DNA of 63,966 nt, counting the filler, from Octopus bimaculoides (Eukaryota): NCBI RefSeq assembly GCF_001194135.2. It is 4 parts of 4 records of this genome, joined end to end, with 100 filler letters (N's around TTAATTAATTAA, not from the genome) between each part and the next. Parts side by side here need not be neighbours in the genome. Positions count along the whole stretch, not along the records: positions 62,897 to 63,966 come from NW_026423576.1; 3 more parts are not named here. One strand, given 5' to 3'. Position numbers and translations under genes: made by a program. How positions within the stretch are numbered: the first letter of the stretch is position 1; the number at the start of each line of letters is the position of its first letter. Positions 62,797 through 63,966 of the stretch are shown piece after piece. Under the pieces are notes generated by a model that worked only from the letters and a program-made list of their open reading frames with translations, searched no databases and had not been told where the DNA came from.

Positions 62797-62896
62797 NNNN
62801 NNNNNNNNNNNNNNNNNNNNNNNNNNNNNNNNNNNNNNNNTTAATTAATTAANNNNNNNNNNNNNNNNNNNNNNNNNNNNNNNNNNNNNNNNNNNN
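62797..62896. other. Artificial scaffold spacer
   Basis: 44N-TTAATTAATTAA-44N. Confidence 0.95.
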
Positions 62897-63966
62897 GATC
62901 TGCTCCTGCTTTTCTCACCAAAATACCTGTCGCTCCGACCATTGTTATCTCCTAGGTTGGACCCACTATAGTGATGAAACAAACATTTCACCCTGTTAGT
63001 ATCGCTAATAATATTTCTACTGCCATTCAGTCAATATTTGTCGTTTCATAGACCTTTACATCCCTATCTTGTTTGTGTGTCAGTAAATTAATTTTTAAAT
63101 ATTTAATACCAATTATTAATAACTTTACAAATTTGTGAACTTTCCATTAAGATTTGTTTTTGATGTCCATATTTTAACCACTATTCAGTTTGTATGGCCT
63201 TCGACCCTTATCTTAAAGCCAATGAAATGGTCGTCAATGTTTACATATCCTAGAAATCATGCTCAAAGACACTGTTCCGCTCACCACAATACAGGAATTG
63301 ACGATCTTCTGGCTTGTCAAATGCATTTGGTACTATAAGCTTTTTGATAATAATGGACTGGTTTTGTATTTCGGGTTAAACGTTAGAGCTATAAACTGTA
63401 AAGACAGGTACAAGTGTACCTCTTGTGTAATCAGGGTTGATGAACATGCTCCGATACTCGAGGATGTCTATTCTCACCGCTTTTAGTATTGGTATTATTG
63501 TATTGACACTATCTAATATGTGCTAGAACACTTGAGCGTTTTTCTTGATTTTTGTTTTTTGCTAGAATTTGGATACAAAGATGTGGCATTCGCCTGTGCG
63601 GAATACGTAACAGTATCGTGCTAGTGGATGCTGAACAGAACTTAACGAACATTCTATGAGCAAAGATTAAACCGAAAAGATATTAACAGCTTGCGTCTAG
63701 ACAACCTGACGAACTGTTAACAGTATTGCATATTTATAATGGACTAATTGCGAGGTTCAATTTGGGGTCGAGAATCTTGGATTTGGCCCAGACTCTCAAA
63801 TGTCGAAATGAGCTGGTGCAATGAATTGGTTGAAATCGCGATAGATGTAGCCATGTTGGACATCATTTCTGTGGCACATTGCCGTTTGGCGGCCATGCTT
63901 TCTTTTAAGAAATTTGAGATGATTGAAACGCTTTTTATTTCAATGTACGGCTCAGTAAGTCCGAAA

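Noticed and set aside
62900-63966. Complex terminal stretch, possible decayed transposon or exon
   Set aside because: Short ORFs only and no identifiable domain; needs TBLASTX.

Overview
Eukaryotic, AT-rich, microsatellite-saturated draft-assembly DNA. The SINE, LINE and microsatellite repertoire looks like an octopod cephalopod (inference from recalled repeat families, not proven). It has many N gaps and three artificial 44N-TTAATTAATTAA-44N spacers (25537-25636, 55178-55277, 62797-62896), so it is probably four joined contigs. There are no prokaryotic genes, CRISPR arrays or rRNA. Most long ORFs in the track are artefacts of N runs or simple repeats. One real protein-coding gene is supported by two in-phase plus-strand exons (39470/39527-39852 and 46182-46371; unnamed helical/coiled-coil protein, 3' end not found). 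A weaker candidate spliced transcript lies on the minus strand at 14.3-18.9 kb. Mobile DNA comprises several tRNA-derived SINE families, a decayed CR1-group LINE, RTE, Tx1 and Dong/R4 fragments, a DD37D (maT) mariner, two 8-bp-TSD MITEs and a Penelope GIY-YIG fragment. The most notable signal is 12 type-I hammerhead-ribozyme motifs of the Penelope-like-element (PLE) kind from several unrelated families, all with palindromic stem III. Three loci are built as inverted repeats. The best is a young 384-bp insertion (52538-52921, 11-bp TSD) joining a tRNA-derived head to a hammerhead-bearing PLE-like tail plus a 108-bp inverted copy, a candidate Penelope-mobilised ribozyme SINE. All alignments and folds were done by eye.
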